A program made the translations under genes and the position numbers. The notes below the pieces were generated by a model. The model had not been told where the DNA came from. It did no database searches and saw only the letters and a program-made list of their open reading frames with translations. Of a stretch of DNA of 64,000 nucleotides, positions 18,074 through 28,401 are shown in pieces. Each line of letters starts with the position of its first letter. Position 1 is the stretch's first letter. Source of the stretch: Syntrophales bacterium (GTDB lineage Bacteria; Desulfobacterota; Syntrophia; Syntrophales; PHBD01); the NCBI GenBank assembly GCA_963668175.1, contig OY764159.1, positions 384,001-448,000 of the forward strand. The letters are read 5' to 3'.

Positions 18074-19447
18074 ATGGAAACAATACAAGATAAATGCGGC
18101 GTTTTCGGAATCTACTCCACCTCATCCTGCGTTCAGGATATCTATCACGGTATCGATTTTCTTCAGCACCGGGGTCAGGAATATTGCGGGATAGCCACCT
18201 ACGACGACCATATCCGCCAGGTCACGCACCACGGCAAGGTAGCCACTTCATTTAACGAAAAAGAGCTCGATTACCTCACTGGCAATTCGGGGATAGGGCA
18301 CGTCAGTCTTTGGGAACGCCAGCCCATGACATGGCAATCAAGGCTGGGGCAGATATCCGTTGCTTTCAGCGGCAACATCATCAATGCAACGGAACTCATT
18401 GGCGACATGAAGAACCAGGGACACGCCTTTTACCGCAGTTACGACACGGAAATCATAGCCAAAATCGTTATGGACGGTACAGATGTCGTCAACGGTATTG
18501 CTAATCTGGCAAAGCGTACGAAGGGCGCATACGCCCTGGTTATCTTAACCGAAAACGGCATCTATGCGGCTCGCGATGTCTATGGTTTTCGCCCCCTGAT
18601 CATGGGACGGGACGCAACGCGTCTCGTTGTCTGCTCCGAGTCGCGGGCATTGCAAAACATGGACATGGATATTTATCGGGATGTCAATCCTGGCGAAATA
18701 GTCCTTATTAATAACGACGGATTCCACAGTGTTCATACGCTCAATTCGCCGCGGAAGGCCCACTGTGCCTTCGAATGGGCCTATACGGCCAGCATCGACT
18801 CCAAGATCGACGGCGTCTACGTCCAGGCAGCCAGGAACCATTTGGGACAGAGTCTTGCCCAACGGGACATCGATGATCGCGACATGAGCGCTGATATCGT
18901 CGCTCCGGTACCCATGTCCGGAATCGGACATGCCATCGGGTACCATCAACGCTCCGGGGTCAATTATCAGGAGGTCTTTCTCTATAACCGATACGCAGAC
19001 CGCAGCTATACCCAATCGACCCAACACGCCCGGGAGAAAATGGCCAAGCGCAAGCTTTCCGTACTCAGCCATGCCGTGAAAAATAGAAGCATCGTCATCT
19101 GCGATGATTCGATCGTCCGGGGAACCCAGATCCTCTACAAAGTCCGGGACCTGAAGAATGCCGGTGCCCGGGAAGTACACGTTCGCATTGCCTGCCCCCC
19201 CCTTATGTATCCCTGTGATTTCGGTGTCTCTACGCGCTCGCAGGAAGAACTCGCAGCGCGCCACTTTTTCAAAACGGGCGATATTGCCAATCTGGATCAG
19301 TTGAAATCTCTGGAAACCTGGATTGCCGAGCAAATCGGCGCTGATTCGGTTAAATACAATACGATCGACAACTTCGTTGCAGCTCTCGGTATTCCGAGGC
19401 ACGATCTCTGCCTGAAATGCTGGGACGGCATCCGTCCCAACGAATAG
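18074..19447 (+). CDS. purF: Amidophosphoribosyltransferase-like protein with a divergent glutaminase domain
   Basis: Propeptide then CGVFG, LQHRGQE, DDSIVRGT PRPP loop, Fe-S Cys (CAFE, CDFG, CLKC); GHVRY is replaced by GHVSL and HNGN by FSGN. Confidence 0.85.
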   Translation: METIQDKCGVFGIYSTSSCVQDIYHGIDFLQHRGQEYCGIATYDDHIRQVTHHGKVATSFNEKELDYLTGNSGIGHVSLWERQPMTWQSRLGQISVAFSGNIINATELIGDMKNQGHAFYRSYDTEIIAKIVMDGTDVVNGIANLAKRTKGAYALVILTENGIYAARDVYGFRPLIMGRDATRLVVCSESRALQNMDMDIYRDVNPGEIVLINNDGFHSVHTLNSPRKAHCAFEWAYTASIDSKIDGVYVQAARNHLGQSLAQRDIDDRDMSADIVAPVPMSGIGHAIGYHQRSGVNYQEVFLYNRYADRSYTQSTQHAREKMAKRKLSVLSHAVKNRSIVICDDSIVRGTQILYKVRDLKNAGAREVHVRIACPPLMYPCDFGVSTRSQEELAARHFFKTGDIANLDQLKSLETWIAEQIGADSVKYNTIDNFVAALGIPRHDLCLKCWDGIRPNE

Positions 19448-19578
19448 TTCGAATCATCCCTCCGTATTCGAATACCGAACGGCTGTGACTCCGCATAATC
19501 CCCGGCCTGCCTTTTTGCTGCAATGTGGGTCCGTCTGTGCTAGAATCACGGATCTTAATTAATCATGGATTGGATCGT

Positions 19579-20190
19579 ATGAAAGGTAGATTGGTTTTGG
19601 CTTCAGCGTCGCCTCGGCGCATAGAACTTTTACAAATCATCGGACTCGACGTCCTCGTCATCCCCAGCGGCATCAGCGAATCCCCTTATGACGGCGAAAC
19701 GCCGGAAACCCACGTCATTCGCCTTTCCCGGGAAAAAGCGGGAAGCGTGTCCCGCGAATATCCGCATGACTGGGTGCTCGGCGCAGACACCATCGTCGTG
19801 ATCGACCGGGAGATTCTGGGCAAACCGGAGACGGAAGAGGAGGCGCGGCGTATGCTCACGAAACTGAGCAACCGCGAACATACCGTTTTCACGGGCTATA
19901 CAATCTCCAAGGAAGCGGAAGAGACCGTCATCAGCGATGTCGTAACATCTCGTGTTCACTTCAAAGACATTTCCGACGAGGAAATCGCTTGGTATATAAA
20001 GACCGACGAACCCTACGACAAGGCGGGCGGTTACGCGGTGCAGGGCCGGGGCGCTTTTTTCATCCGGGCGATTCACGGCTCATACACGAACGTTATGGGG
20101 CTGCCGTTATGTGAAGTCGTCGACGCTCTTCATCGTGTCGGTGCCATCGGATTCAATGGAGGTCATCATGGACTACCCGGTAAAGGATAA
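19579..20190 (+). CDS. maf: Maf family nucleoside triphosphate pyrophosphatase
   Basis: LASASPRR, GADTIV, LGKP, DKAGGYAVQG, NVMGLP. Confidence 0.93.
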   Translation: MKGRLVLASASPRRIELLQIIGLDVLVIPSGISESPYDGETPETHVIRLSREKAGSVSREYPHDWVLGADTIVVIDREILGKPETEEEARRMLTKLSNREHTVFTGYTISKEAEETVISDVVTSRVHFKDISDEEIAWYIKTDEPYDKAGGYAVQGRGAFFIRAIHGSYTNVMGLPLCEVVDALHRVGAIGFNGGHHGLPGKG

Positions 20191-20863
20191 CATCCTCGCC
20201 ATCAGGCGGAATATAGCGGCTGCCGCCGAAAAAGCAGGCAGAAATCCGGCGGAAGTTAAATTGATGGCCGTCAGCAAAACGGTCGACGATGAGAGAATAT
20301 TGGCCGCCATTGACGCCGGCGTGGACATGGTTGGAGAGAATTACATCCAGGAAGCGAAAAGGAAGATCGAATCCATGGGCCATGGTATAGAATGGCATTT
20401 TATCGGCCATCTCCAAACCAACAAGGCCAAGTATGCAGTCAAGCTGTTCGACATGATCCACTCCGTGGACAGGATGGATTTGGCACAGGAATTGGACAAG
20501 CGATCGGCCAATTTCGGAAAAACGTCCGATATCCTGATAGAAGTTAACGTCAGCGGAGAGGCATCGAAAAGCGGCGTGCCGTTGAACGAGGCACTGACGC
20601 TCGTTGCGGCCGTCAGCGAATTAAAACATCTCTCCATCCAGGGTCTCATGACCATGCCCCCCTGGTTCGACAATCCCGAAGACGCCCGGCCTTATTTCGT
20701 CGCCCTGCGGGAATTGAAGGAAAGGATCAGCCTCGCAAACATCGATCGCGTCCGGATGAAGGAACTTTCCATGGGCATGTCGGGCGATTATCTGGTCGCC
20801 ATCGAAGAAGGGTCCACGATTGTCAGGATCGGAACGGCCATATTCGGCAAACGCCCCTCATGA
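20168..20863 (+). CDS. yggS: PLP homeostasis protein, YggS family
   Basis: MAVSKT, GENYIQE, WHFIGHLQTNK, LSMGMSGDY, VRIGTAIFG. Confidence 0.96.
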   Translation: MDYPVKDNILAIRRNIAAAAEKAGRNPAEVKLMAVSKTVDDERILAAIDAGVDMVGENYIQEAKRKIESMGHGIEWHFIGHLQTNKAKYAVKLFDMIHSVDRMDLAQELDKRSANFGKTSDILIEVNVSGEASKSGVPLNEALTLVAAVSELKHLSIQGLMTMPPWFDNPEDARPYFVALRELKERISLANIDRVRMKELSMGMSGDYLVAIEEGSTIVRIGTAIFGKRPS

Positions 20864-21642
20864 AAAACATACGAAGCGAGCAGTCCGTACCGCCGGAAGA
20901 GTATCGCCAGGCCATAGCCTTATCGGAATCCATTGCGGAAAGGGTTGGTCTTCCGGCGTTTTACAGGGAGCATGGTGACGATGTCGCACTGTCCTTCCGG
21001 TTGTTGGCGAGCGAAAAGATGGTCAAGGATTGTATCCGGATCGTCAGGGAGCGGGGCGACATGATCGGCCACGGTGCCATCCACGTGCAAAAAGTCGCCA
21101 TCGACGCGGGCGCCATCGTCCTGATAGAAGGCAAGAACGCCGTCGATCGGGACAACGTGAAAAGGCGCGTCCTGTTGGCCCATATTGCGGCGATTCTGCA
21201 CGACATCCGCCGATCGGAAAAGCATCACGCCCAGCTGGGCGCTACGGAAGCCGCCGATCTTCTCAAGCCTTTCAGTCTGACCGCCGGGGAGCGCCGGGCC
21301 ATATGCACTGCCATCGCTAACCATGAGGCTTTTCAGCCCTCTCAAGACCTTGATGAACCTGACGATCAACTGCTTTCCGACGCCCTGTATGATGCCGACA
21401 AGTTCCGCTGGGGACCGGACAATTTCACGGAAACCTTGTGGGCTATGGTTATCCCCCGTAAGGTTCCCCTTGACGCACTACTTAACCGTTTTCTCCGGGG
21501 GCTTGACGGTGTAAACAGAATAAGGGATACTTTCCGCACGGAAACCGGAAGGCTTTACGGACCGGATTTTATCGACCGTGGCATGGAGATCGGCCGGGAA
21601 CTTTATACGGCGCTGACGGAACAGCGACGGGAAAACACATGA
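20860..21642 (+). CDS. HD-domain protein
   Basis: GHGAIH, ILHDIRR, HHAQLGA, ANHE, LYDADK. Confidence 0.85.
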   Translation: MKNIRSEQSVPPEEYRQAIALSESIAERVGLPAFYREHGDDVALSFRLLASEKMVKDCIRIVRERGDMIGHGAIHVQKVAIDAGAIVLIEGKNAVDRDNVKRRVLLAHIAAILHDIRRSEKHHAQLGATEAADLLKPFSLTAGERRAICTAIANHEAFQPSQDLDEPDDQLLSDALYDADKFRWGPDNFTETLWAMVIPRKVPLDALLNRFLRGLDGVNRIRDTFRTETGRLYGPDFIDRGMEIGRELYTALTEQRRENT

Positions 21643-22040
21643 ATCAGATGACCATCAAAACCGGTGCCCGGTTCGAGATGATCGATATTACGGGACGAAT
21701 CAGGAGCCTGCTTCAAGACAAAGGGTTTACCGACGGATTCTGTTTCATCTTCGTGCCTCACACCACGGCGGCGGTGACGATCAATGAAAACGCCGACCCC
21801 GATGTGCCGCGCGATATCATCACCATCCTGGATCGCGTGGTTCCGCTCACCGGCAATTACCGGCATATGGAAGGCAATTCGGCGGCCCATGTCAAGGCAT
21901 CCTTGATCGGGGCATCCGAATGGCTGATGGTGGAGAACGGCAGCCTTGTCCTGGGCACGTGGCAATCCGTCTTCTTCTGCGAATTCGACGGACCGAGAAC
22001 GCGTAAGATCATCGTTCGACTGTTGCCGTCGAAAACCTGA
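21639..22040 (+). CDS. yjbQ: YjbQ (UPF0047) family protein
   Basis: PHTTAAVTINENADPDV, HMEGNSAAHVKA, LGTWQ, EFDGPR. Confidence 0.93.
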   Translation: MNQMTIKTGARFEMIDITGRIRSLLQDKGFTDGFCFIFVPHTTAAVTINENADPDVPRDIITILDRVVPLTGNYRHMEGNSAAHVKASLIGASEWLMVENGSLVLGTWQSVFFCEFDGPRTRKIIVRLLPSKT

Positions 22041-22112
22041 CAGTTCCAATGAACTGTCTTGAGTGACTCCCAGGCGGCAAAGCCGTCCGCAAGGCGCTGG
22101 TACAGCACTCCT

Positions 22113-22883
22113 TCAAGGATTCAACACGTCTCTCATCTGGGCGTGTATTATTCCGTTGGATGCCAGGACGTGAGGCGAAAGGAGATGATAGGGGCCGCCG
22201 AAAAGGTCCGTTACCTCGCCGCCTGCTTCCGTGACCAGCAGCCATCCCGCCGCCGTGTCCCAGGGCTTCAATTTCAGTTCCCAGAACCCGTCGAAACGGC
22301 CGGCGGCAAGATAGGCCATGTCAAGGGCCGCAGCTCCGGCACGTCGTATGGCTTGAGCCCGCCTGGCCATCCTTGCAAAACGGTCGAGATTGTTATCGCT
22401 GCTGACGCTAATGTCGTACGGAAATCCTGTTGCCAGAAGACTTCGGACAAGTTCCTGTTCGTGCGATACGGTTATGGCTACATTATTCAGAACCGCACCG
22501 CGGCCCCGCTCGGCAACGAACATCTCGTCAAGCATCGGATTGTAAACAACACCTAATTCAACTTTACCCCTGATTTCCAAGGCAATGGACACACAAAAGA
22601 CAGGAAAACCGTGGGCATAATTCGTCGTCCCGTCCAGAGGATCGACGATCCAGCGATACTCCGATTTTTTGGCCGTTGCCGACGATTCTTCGGCGACGAT
22701 GTCATGCTGCGGATAAGCTCGGGCAATCCTATTAACAATCAGGTCTTCCGATAAACGGTCCGCTTCCGTAACGAGATCGATGGTTCCTTTGTAAGCCACC
22801 GTATGCTTCGTATGAAACCGGTCTTTCAGCAAGCGGCCGGCATCGGCGGCCAGGGTTACGATAAATGCTCTGAGTTCAACCAT
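22113..22883 (-). CDS. suhB: Inositol monophosphatase family protein
   Basis: DLVTEAD, WIVDPLDGTTNYAHG, WDTAAG. Confidence 0.93.
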   Translation of the reverse strand: MVELRAFIVTLAADAGRLLKDRFHTKHTVAYKGTIDLVTEADRLSEDLIVNRIARAYPQHDIVAEESSATAKKSEYRWIVDPLDGTTNYAHGFPVFCVSIALEIRGKVELGVVYNPMLDEMFVAERGRGAVLNNVAITVSHEQELVRSLLATGFPYDISVSSDNNLDRFARMARRAQAIRRAGAAALDMAYLAAGRFDGFWELKLKPWDTAAGWLLVTEAGGEVTDLFGGPYHLLSPHVLASNGIIHAQMRDVLNP

Positions 22884-23035
22884 GGGTCCATCTCCCCTGT
22901 CGCGATTTTATGTCGTCCTATACACAACACCGGAGAAAACCTCAATGAAGATCATGGAAACAGGCGGAAGATAGATAATTATGATTGAACACATAGCAAT
23001 TTGATGCTAAGGATAGGTAAAACAAAGGAAATAAT

Positions 23036-23917
23036 ATGAGTGGGATGGAAAAGAATAACGACTCGGCGCCGTCTGCAGATCAGAGCGACGAAAGCGTTAA
23101 GGATGAGAAATACGACCTCAAGAGCATTCGGGAAGCCCGGGGCATCACGCTGCACGACATTTTTCGTGCCTCCCGGGTCAGCGTCATCAACCTGGAAGCC
23201 ATAGAGAAGGCAAATTTTCAATTTCTGCCGACGCCTTTCATCGCCAAATCTTTCATCAAAACCTATGCGAAAGCCATAGGGGTTGACGCTAACACGATCA
23301 TTCGACAGTATGACGCTTTCCTGAAAAATCGAGACAAAGCCCCCGTCGAAGAGAAGACGGACCAAGAGCCCCAGGATCGACGTCGGCAAACCAAGATTAT
23401 CAGCTTATCCATTATCGCTGTGGCGGTTGCAGGCGCCTTTATTTACCTCATCTACTCATTTTACCCCATGTTGAAAGAATGGAGCAACATGCAGAGCGTC
23501 AATACAGCGGCCCCTACCGCCGAGGTAGCTCCGCCTCCGGCCCCTCCGGCCCCTCCGGCGCCGCAGAACCCACCGGCAGCAACGGAAAACGCGCTTCCCG
23601 CTCAGCAATCGCAGCCACCCATACAGCAGCAAGTCCAGCCGGTCCAGCCGGCACCGGCCGCAGCCCCCCCGGCGGTCGCAGCCAGCTCACATCAGCTTAT
23701 TATCGAAGCCACCGGTTTTTCATGGATAAAAATTGTTGAAGATCGCAAACTTCCCGTCGAAATCCTCTTGAGACCGGGTGAAAGAGTCGAGCGGACGGCA
23801 TCGCAATCATTTGAATTGGATATCGGTAATGCCGGAGGCACCAATATCACATATCAGGGAAAACCGCTGGGAGTTTTAGGCAAACAGGGGCAGGTTGTCC
23901 ATTTGAAGCTCCCGTAA
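23036..23917 (+). CDS. rodZ: RodZ-like protein (HTH, TM helix, Pro-rich linker, C-terminal domain)
   Basis: IREARGITL HTH, FIKTYAKAIG, single TM, IGNAGG C-terminal domain. Confidence 0.85.
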   Translation: MSGMEKNNDSAPSADQSDESVKDEKYDLKSIREARGITLHDIFRASRVSVINLEAIEKANFQFLPTPFIAKSFIKTYAKAIGVDANTIIRQYDAFLKNRDKAPVEEKTDQEPQDRRRQTKIISLSIIAVAVAGAFIYLIYSFYPMLKEWSNMQSVNTAAPTAEVAPPPAPPAPPAPQNPPAATENALPAQQSQPPIQQQVQPVQPAPAAAPPAVAASSHQLIIEATGFSWIKIVEDRKLPVEILLRPGERVERTASQSFELDIGNAGGTNITYQGKPLGVLGKQGQVVHLKLP

Positions 23918-24020
23918 GCTGAGGCACAAGGAACAATATTCTTCGTCGGACCTTTGGCGGCAGAGCCACATGAGATTTCACGCGTGAACCGTGGAATCAC
24001 GATAAGAGAGGAAAACCCTT

Positions 24021-24212
24021 ATGTTTGGAATAGGCATGCAGGAATTGATTATTATCCTGATCCTCGTCCTGATCATTTTCGGCGCCGGCAAACTGCCGGA
24101 AATCGGCGGCGCCATCGGTAGAAGCATCAAGAATTTCAAGAAGGCGACTCAGGACCAGGAAGAAGTCAAGCCGCCTGCAGAAACTGAAAACAAGAAAATA
24201 GAACCTAAATAA
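24021..24212 (+). CDS. tatA: Twin-arginine translocase TatA/E
   Basis: [24 protein letters not shown]. Confidence 0.95.
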   Translation: MFGIGMQELIIILILVLIIFGAGKLPEIGGAIGRSIKNFKKATQDQEEVKPPAETENKKIEPK

Positions 24213-24288
24213 ACGCTCGCAGACAAGCACTTCCGATCAAGCGGTCATGGCGTTTACCGGCCTCTGTTCCGTTCGAAAGGGCCGTCGG

Positions 24289-24699
24289 CTAGAACGGCAC
24301 ATCGTCGTCGGATGCGTCGTTTCCGGGAAACGGCGCCGCCGAATCATCTGACGGAACCCCGGGTCCCTTCTGTCCCTTCCCGTCGAGCATCTGCATGGTG
24401 GACGCGACGATTTCCGTTGTATAGCGTTTGTTTCCGTCCTTATCATCCCAGGTTCGGGTCTGGATCCGTCCCTCAAGATAGACGAGCTTTCCCTTGGAAA
24501 GGTAGTTGCCGCTGATTTCGGCCAGCTTGCCGAAGGTCACGATCCGGTGCCATTCCGTTTTCTGGACACGCTCGCCGCTCTTGTCCTTCCAATACTCATC
24601 CGTCGCCAGCCTGAAACTGGTTACCATGGCCCCATCCGGCGTATAGCGGACCTCGGGGTCGGCTCCCAATCGGCCGACCAAAATGACTTTGTTAATCAT
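24289..24699 (-). CDS. ssb: Single-stranded DNA-binding protein
   Basis: [23 protein letters not shown]-terminal DDDVPF; start re-called at 24699 (GGGAGG SD). Confidence 0.97.
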   Translation of the reverse strand: MINKVILVGRLGADPEVRYTPDGAMVTSFRLATDEYWKDKSGERVQKTEWHRIVTFGKLAEISGNYLSKGKLVYLEGRIQTRTWDDKDGNKRYTTEIVASTMQMLDGKGQKGPGVPSDDSAAPFPGNDASDDDVPF

Positions 24700-24811
24700 T
24701 CCCTCCCCTTTCCTGCAAATGAAATATCCTGGTTCATACAGAAATTGGATGTAGATAGCAACCGATATATTCGGCGCGCGGCGTCGCGATGGGGCATAAT
24801 CCGCCGTCGGC

Positions 24812-26551
24812 TCATGATACAAACAGCGGTACATGAGTGAATTGTAACACGTCCACCAATCCCCGATCCGTAATCTTCAGGCTGGGAATCACCGGCAAGG
24901 CAAGAAACGATAGCTCCATCAACGGTTCACGCTGCCGGCAGCCCAAAACTTTCGCAGCGCGATCGACCATGTGCCATCCATGAGCCGTTTCTTCGAGGCT
25001 TCTTCCGGACATAAGACCGGCAACGGGCAAGGCAAGCGAGGCCTCGACCCGGCCTTTGCGCACGACGGCAATGCCTCCCCGCATCGCCTCGACGGTCTTT
25101 ACAGCCAGATACATATCTTCATCGCTGCACCCGACGCAGATGATATTGTGGGAATCGTGGGACACCGACGAAGCGATGCTTCCTTCCCTGATCCCGAAGC
25201 CCTGGACCAGCCCGAGCCCGATGTTTCCGGTGGCCCGATATCTCTCCAGAACGGCTATCTTGGCGATATCCCTCTCGGGATCGGCAACAACCAAGCCATC
25301 CTGAACGGGAGCCCCGATAATACGCGCATCCGTCAGGATCTGATCGGGTATCAATCCGATCACGCGCACATTTTCACCCTCCCGCCTGATGGAAAAGGAA
25401 TCAGGGCGGTAGGGTGCCGGGTTCATCGGACCGATGCCCTCCGCCCCGTGCCGGAAAGGCATATCGCAGGTCCACTCTTTTCGATCGAAGATCCTGACGC
25501 CTCTTTTGAAGACCGTTTCAACCGAGACGGGATTCAGGGAAGAGAGAATCAATACATCGGCTTGATACCCGGGGGCGACGGCACCTATATTTTTCAGGCC
25601 GAAATATCGGGCCGTATTGATCGTGACCATCATAACCGCCAGAATCGGATCGAGGCCCTCCTCCTGCGCCCTGTCGATCAGGTGATTCAGATGCCCGCGG
25701 CTCAGCAGGTCATGGGGATGGAGATCGTCCGTTACGAGGGAGCAGTGCTGGACGGTAGCGTCAGATACGATGGGGATCAACGTTTTAAGGTTCTTGGCCT
25801 GGGTTCCTTCCCTTATCATGACATGCATGCCGAGGCGGAGTTTTTCCCTGGCTTCTTCCTCTTCCGTACATTCGTGATCCGACCCTATCCCCGACCCGAT
25901 ATAGGCATTCAAGTCACGTCCGGATAGGAGCGGCGCATGGCCGTCCCTGATCTTATTCGCAAACGCCGCAATCTTCTCCAACACAGGCTCCATGCCCGCT
26001 ACCACGCCGGGATAATTCATCATCTCCGCCAATCCCAAAACGCGGGGATCCGAGGAGAAGGTCATCAGGTCCCGGGCCGTCAACACGGCCCCCGACGTCT
26101 CCAAATGGGTCGCCGGAACGCACGACGGAAGCATGAAGAAGAAATCAACAGGCAGATGAAGGCTTTCGTCTAGCATGAACCGGATGCCCGGGGGCCCCAG
26201 GACGTTCGCAATCTCATGAGGGTCGGCGACGATAGCCGTCGTCCCATGGGGGAGCACAGCTTTCGCCAGCTCCGGCGGGGTCAGCATGGAACTCTCAATG
26301 TGAAAATGGCCGTCGATGAATCCGGGGCAGATGAACTTCCCACGGACGTCGAGCGTTACCGGTCCGTCGTAACGACCGACACCGATGATGATGCCGTCCG
26401 ATATGGCGACGTCTGTCTCATAAATCTCCCTGGTGAAGACGTTGATCAGGCTGCCGCCCTTCAATACCAGATTGGGGGGTATTTCGCCGCGTGCTGCAAG
26501 GAGACTCTGCTTCAATTTATGGATAGTGTCGTCTGTTTCAACTTGCATCAT
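24812..26551 (-). CDS. ade: Adenine deaminase
   Basis: [42 protein letters not shown]. Confidence 0.95.
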   Translation of the reverse strand: MMQVETDDTIHKLKQSLLAARGEIPPNLVLKGGSLINVFTREIYETDVAISDGIIIGVGRYDGPVTLDVRGKFICPGFIDGHFHIESSMLTPPELAKAVLPHGTTAIVADPHEIANVLGPPGIRFMLDESLHLPVDFFFMLPSCVPATHLETSGAVLTARDLMTFSSDPRVLGLAEMMNYPGVVAGMEPVLEKIAAFANKIRDGHAPLLSGRDLNAYIGSGIGSDHECTEEEEAREKLRLGMHVMIREGTQAKNLKTLIPIVSDATVQHCSLVTDDLHPHDLLSRGHLNHLIDRAQEEGLDPILAVMMVTINTARYFGLKNIGAVAPGYQADVLILSSLNPVSVETVFKRGVRIFDRKEWTCDMPFRHGAEGIGPMNPAPYRPDSFSIRREGENVRVIGLIPDQILTDARIIGAPVQDGLVVADPERDIAKIAVLERYRATGNIGLGLVQGFGIREGSIASSVSHDSHNIICVGCSDEDMYLAVKTVEAMRGGIAVVRKGRVEASLALPVAGLMSGRSLEETAHGWHMVDRAAKVLGCRQREPLMELSFLALPVIPSLKITDRGLVDVLQFTHVPLFVS

Positions 26552-26728
26552 GTGAATGATATTGCCTCGCGAACGAGGAAAAATCGAATGGCTCGTTATG
26601 TCGCCCACCGGCCTTCTGTTCGCCGGATCCGTTCATGGGTCCAATGTTTCATTGGAATCCGCGGGACCCTCGAACGTCTGAACCGATTGGCATCGTTCCG
26701 ACCGATTCTGGAATTGGAATACGGCGAT

Positions 26729-26757
26729 ATCCTATTACATGGCCTGCGAAAAGACAA
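26729..26757 (-). promoter_or_regulatory. Putative sigma-70 promoter for ade, implying a 5' leader of about 170 nt
   Basis: Minus strand TTGTCT-17 bp-TAGGAT. Confidence 0.45.
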
Positions 26758-26964
26758 CCGCTGCAAAACGGTTTATGCGAACTTTTTTCAGGGATACCCG
26801 CCTGAGAAAAGGCTCGTTAATCATGAGTAACTACAGAGGATTTTTAATACGGGCTTGAAGGGAGCAGAGCCCCCCCAGCGGGAGGGCGAGGGGCACGCTG
26901 TTTTTTCGTTAATGAATAGAGCATGCCTCGTGAACAGATAAACGGGTGTGATCTTCGCCGCAGC

Positions 26965-27438
26965 CTACCAAACGACGAGGGCACCTTCATAATTATGAAC
27001 GATATGCTTATTGCCCTTCCGGACGACGCGATGGCCTTCGGCTTCGAGCCTTGCTTTTTGCCCCTCGATGCCGCCGGGATACTTTGGATTAAGCTCGCCA
27101 TCCGTCTTGAGGGTGCGCCAATAAGGGGTCACCTTGTTACGGCCTTCGGCTTCATCGTCGGCCGCGGCCTGGGCTGCAATCCAGGCAGACATCCCAGTCA
27201 TGACGGGGCAGGTCACGTCAGCTTCATGTTTTTTCGCTATCATCTCCTGAATTCTGCCGATGGTGATGAGCTTCCCCTGGGGAACCATCCACATGATTTC
27301 ATCGACTTCCGCCGGAGCCGGCGTCACCATGGTTCCGCGCCCCCATTTTTTGCTCATTTTTTCGGTGATCGGTTCAATCTTCGGCAGGCTTCCATTCCCA
27401 TATAATTTATCCCGCCATGTTCTCTTCTGACCAGCCAT
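26965..27438 (-). CDS. MGMT / alkyltransferase-like DNA-binding protein lacking the catalytic Cys
   Basis: VPQGKLIT, TPYWRTLKTDG in place of PCHR, QKARLEAEG. Confidence 0.8.
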   Translation of the reverse strand: MAGQKRTWRDKLYGNGSLPKIEPITEKMSKKWGRGTMVTPAPAEVDEIMWMVPQGKLITIGRIQEMIAKKHEADVTCPVMTGMSAWIAAQAAADDEAEGRNKVTPYWRTLKTDGELNPKYPGGIEGQKARLEAEGHRVVRKGNKHIVHNYEGALVVW

Positions 27439-27491
27439 CTTCACACCCTCATACGACAAAGCGCACAGCAACAGCGTCAAGGCATATCCCG

Positions 27492-27650
27492 TCACTTATC
27501 CTTGACAGGGATATACCGTTCGGTATCCTCTTTGACATCGTTCCCTTCCTGCCGGCATGAACAGGAAACGGCCATTTCGCCGTCCCAGCCGGTCGTACAT
27601 TGGATCATTCCGGTTCCATAACAATATTTGCAGGTCTTCTTGGCACTCAT
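27492..27650 (-). CDS. Small Cys-rich protein (52 aa) with a DnaJ-type CxxCxGxG motif
   Basis: GGAGG SD then MSAKKTCKYCYGTGMIQCTTGWDGEMAVSCSC; alternative in-frame start at 27704 with a GGAGGA SD. Confidence 0.6.
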   Translation of the reverse strand: MSAKKTCKYCYGTGMIQCTTGWDGEMAVSCSCRQEGNDVKEDTERYIPVKDK

Positions 27651-28401
27651 GCCTCCCCCCTTCACATCTATAAAAGGATGAATCTCGACATACCCGTTCA
27701 TCATAGCGAGTCCTCCTATTCGCCCGTTAATTATGGAAGCAATTTGAATACCACAGATTGGCCGACCCATAATGCGTTTATTATTCGAACCTTTATCATG
27801 AGCCGCGTTACAGGCCCCGGCATGACAAAGATACATATTTGCTCCCGGCATCCGCACGAGCGACACATATTTGTATCAAAAAACAAAACATCGGGAGCGG
27901 TGATCGAGTCGATCCCTCTCCGCCCCCCTTCATCTAAAAATATTTTATAATAACAATCAGGTGTCATGATGACCTTCCCGGTCTTCCTGTTTTTTACCAC
28001 TTCTGAGGCGTCTATCTCGTCATGTGAGCGCAGACAAAAGTGTCCCTCTCCGCAAAAACGACCTCGAGATCGACATATCTATAATTAGCCAGCATTATCA
28101 ATATGTTTCCCGGTTGTGGAGACACCCGGCCCGCAGCGCGTTACAATCTTGTCTTAAACATGTTCCTCGCGTTGCGCGGATCATGGAGACGCATCTATCT
28201 CATTCCCACCGTCTTCGCTTGGGCCGGCACTTACTTATATTTATAATTCCATAAACAAATCGTCCGTACCCTGCCTTGGCAAGCAAGTCATTGATAAAAA
28301 CAGATTTGCGTATTATAAGTCCGGGGCATGGATATTTCAGATTATTAGGCGGGACAGGAAAAAAGCTTGTCCGAGGTCCGAGTTCACGTGAGAGGTGTAT
28401 C

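Noticed and set aside
23510..23680. Short GC-rich repeats (CCGGCCCCT) in rodZ
   Set aside because: They encode the ordinary Pro/Ala/Gln linker.
26850..26910. GC-rich element GGGCTTGAAGGGAGCAGAGCCCCCCC...
   Set aside because: It may be a REP-like element or terminator, but it occurs once in the window and pairs weakly.
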